The position numbers and the translations under genes were made by a program. Below, piece by piece: positions 63,615-64,000 of a stretch of DNA of 64,000 nt. How positions within the stretch are numbered: position 1 is the first letter of the stretch; the number at the start of each line of letters is the position of its first letter. Source of the stretch: Podarcis pityusensis. Lineage: Eukaryota. The DNA lies in NCBI GenBank assembly GCA_964106645.2, contig OZ067040.1; one strand, 5' to 3'. The notes below the pieces were generated by a model, which searched no databases, was not told where the DNA came from, and was given only the letters and a program-made list of their open reading frames with translations.

Positions 63615-64000
63615 ACAGGGCTACTAACATGGATTTGCCTTTTCCCAAACTGCATATGGGGTTGACATTTTCATTGAGAGATTCAGGTAGGTGCCAGGCA
63701 GATATCTAAGATCTGGCATCAATTCAAGACCAACAATCAGAATCCTGCATTGTTGTTATTCCCCAGGCTTAATATTGCGCCAGTCCTGGGAGGCAGGCAA
63801 GCAAATGAATCTGTATGTGCAAAATAGGGTTTGTTTGTTCAGTTTGTATCCTGACTTTCAACCTAATGGTGCTCAAGGTGACTAATAGCAATAAAATATA
63901 AACACATTAAGTTGATTAAATATAGTAAAGCAGCAATAAAATGCAAAATTACAAATACACAAAGCAGATAAGACACATCAGTAAAACTGACAAAAATGAG

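Noticed and set aside
1-64000. CRISPR array, operon or prokaryote-type system
   Set aside because: The sequence is CpG-depleted vertebrate DNA; there are no regularly spaced repeat-spacer arrays or long ORFs.

Overview
Vertebrate non-coding DNA from a squamate reptile, most likely a lacertid lizard. The evidence is lacertid-type Sauria (Squam1/POM-like) SINEs, Squam3- and Squam2-like tRNA SINEs, RTE-BovB, L2, CR1 and L1 fragments, Tigger/pogo MITEs, hAT and palindromic MITEs, and three solo LTRs. I recognise no host protein-coding exon, rRNA, true tRNA, known miRNA or CpG island, so the window looks like part of a very large intron or a gene desert with enhancer-like unique stretches between repeats. 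The only ORF-track entries with recognisable homology are LINE ORF2 remnants. The best lead is that two divergent Gypsy-type solo LTRs each carry a sense-strand acidic-then-basic reading frame sharing the motif [ST]PRTxRxxKxxEQ, with synonymous differences at the conserved residues; this suggests a protein-coding extension inside the LTR. Other points of note: a three-level nested insertion with an empty-site control in the same window, an LTR with a TATA box and splice donor, a pre-miRNA-sized hairpin, and several long fold-back elements. Family names come from my recognition of consensus features, not from a database search.
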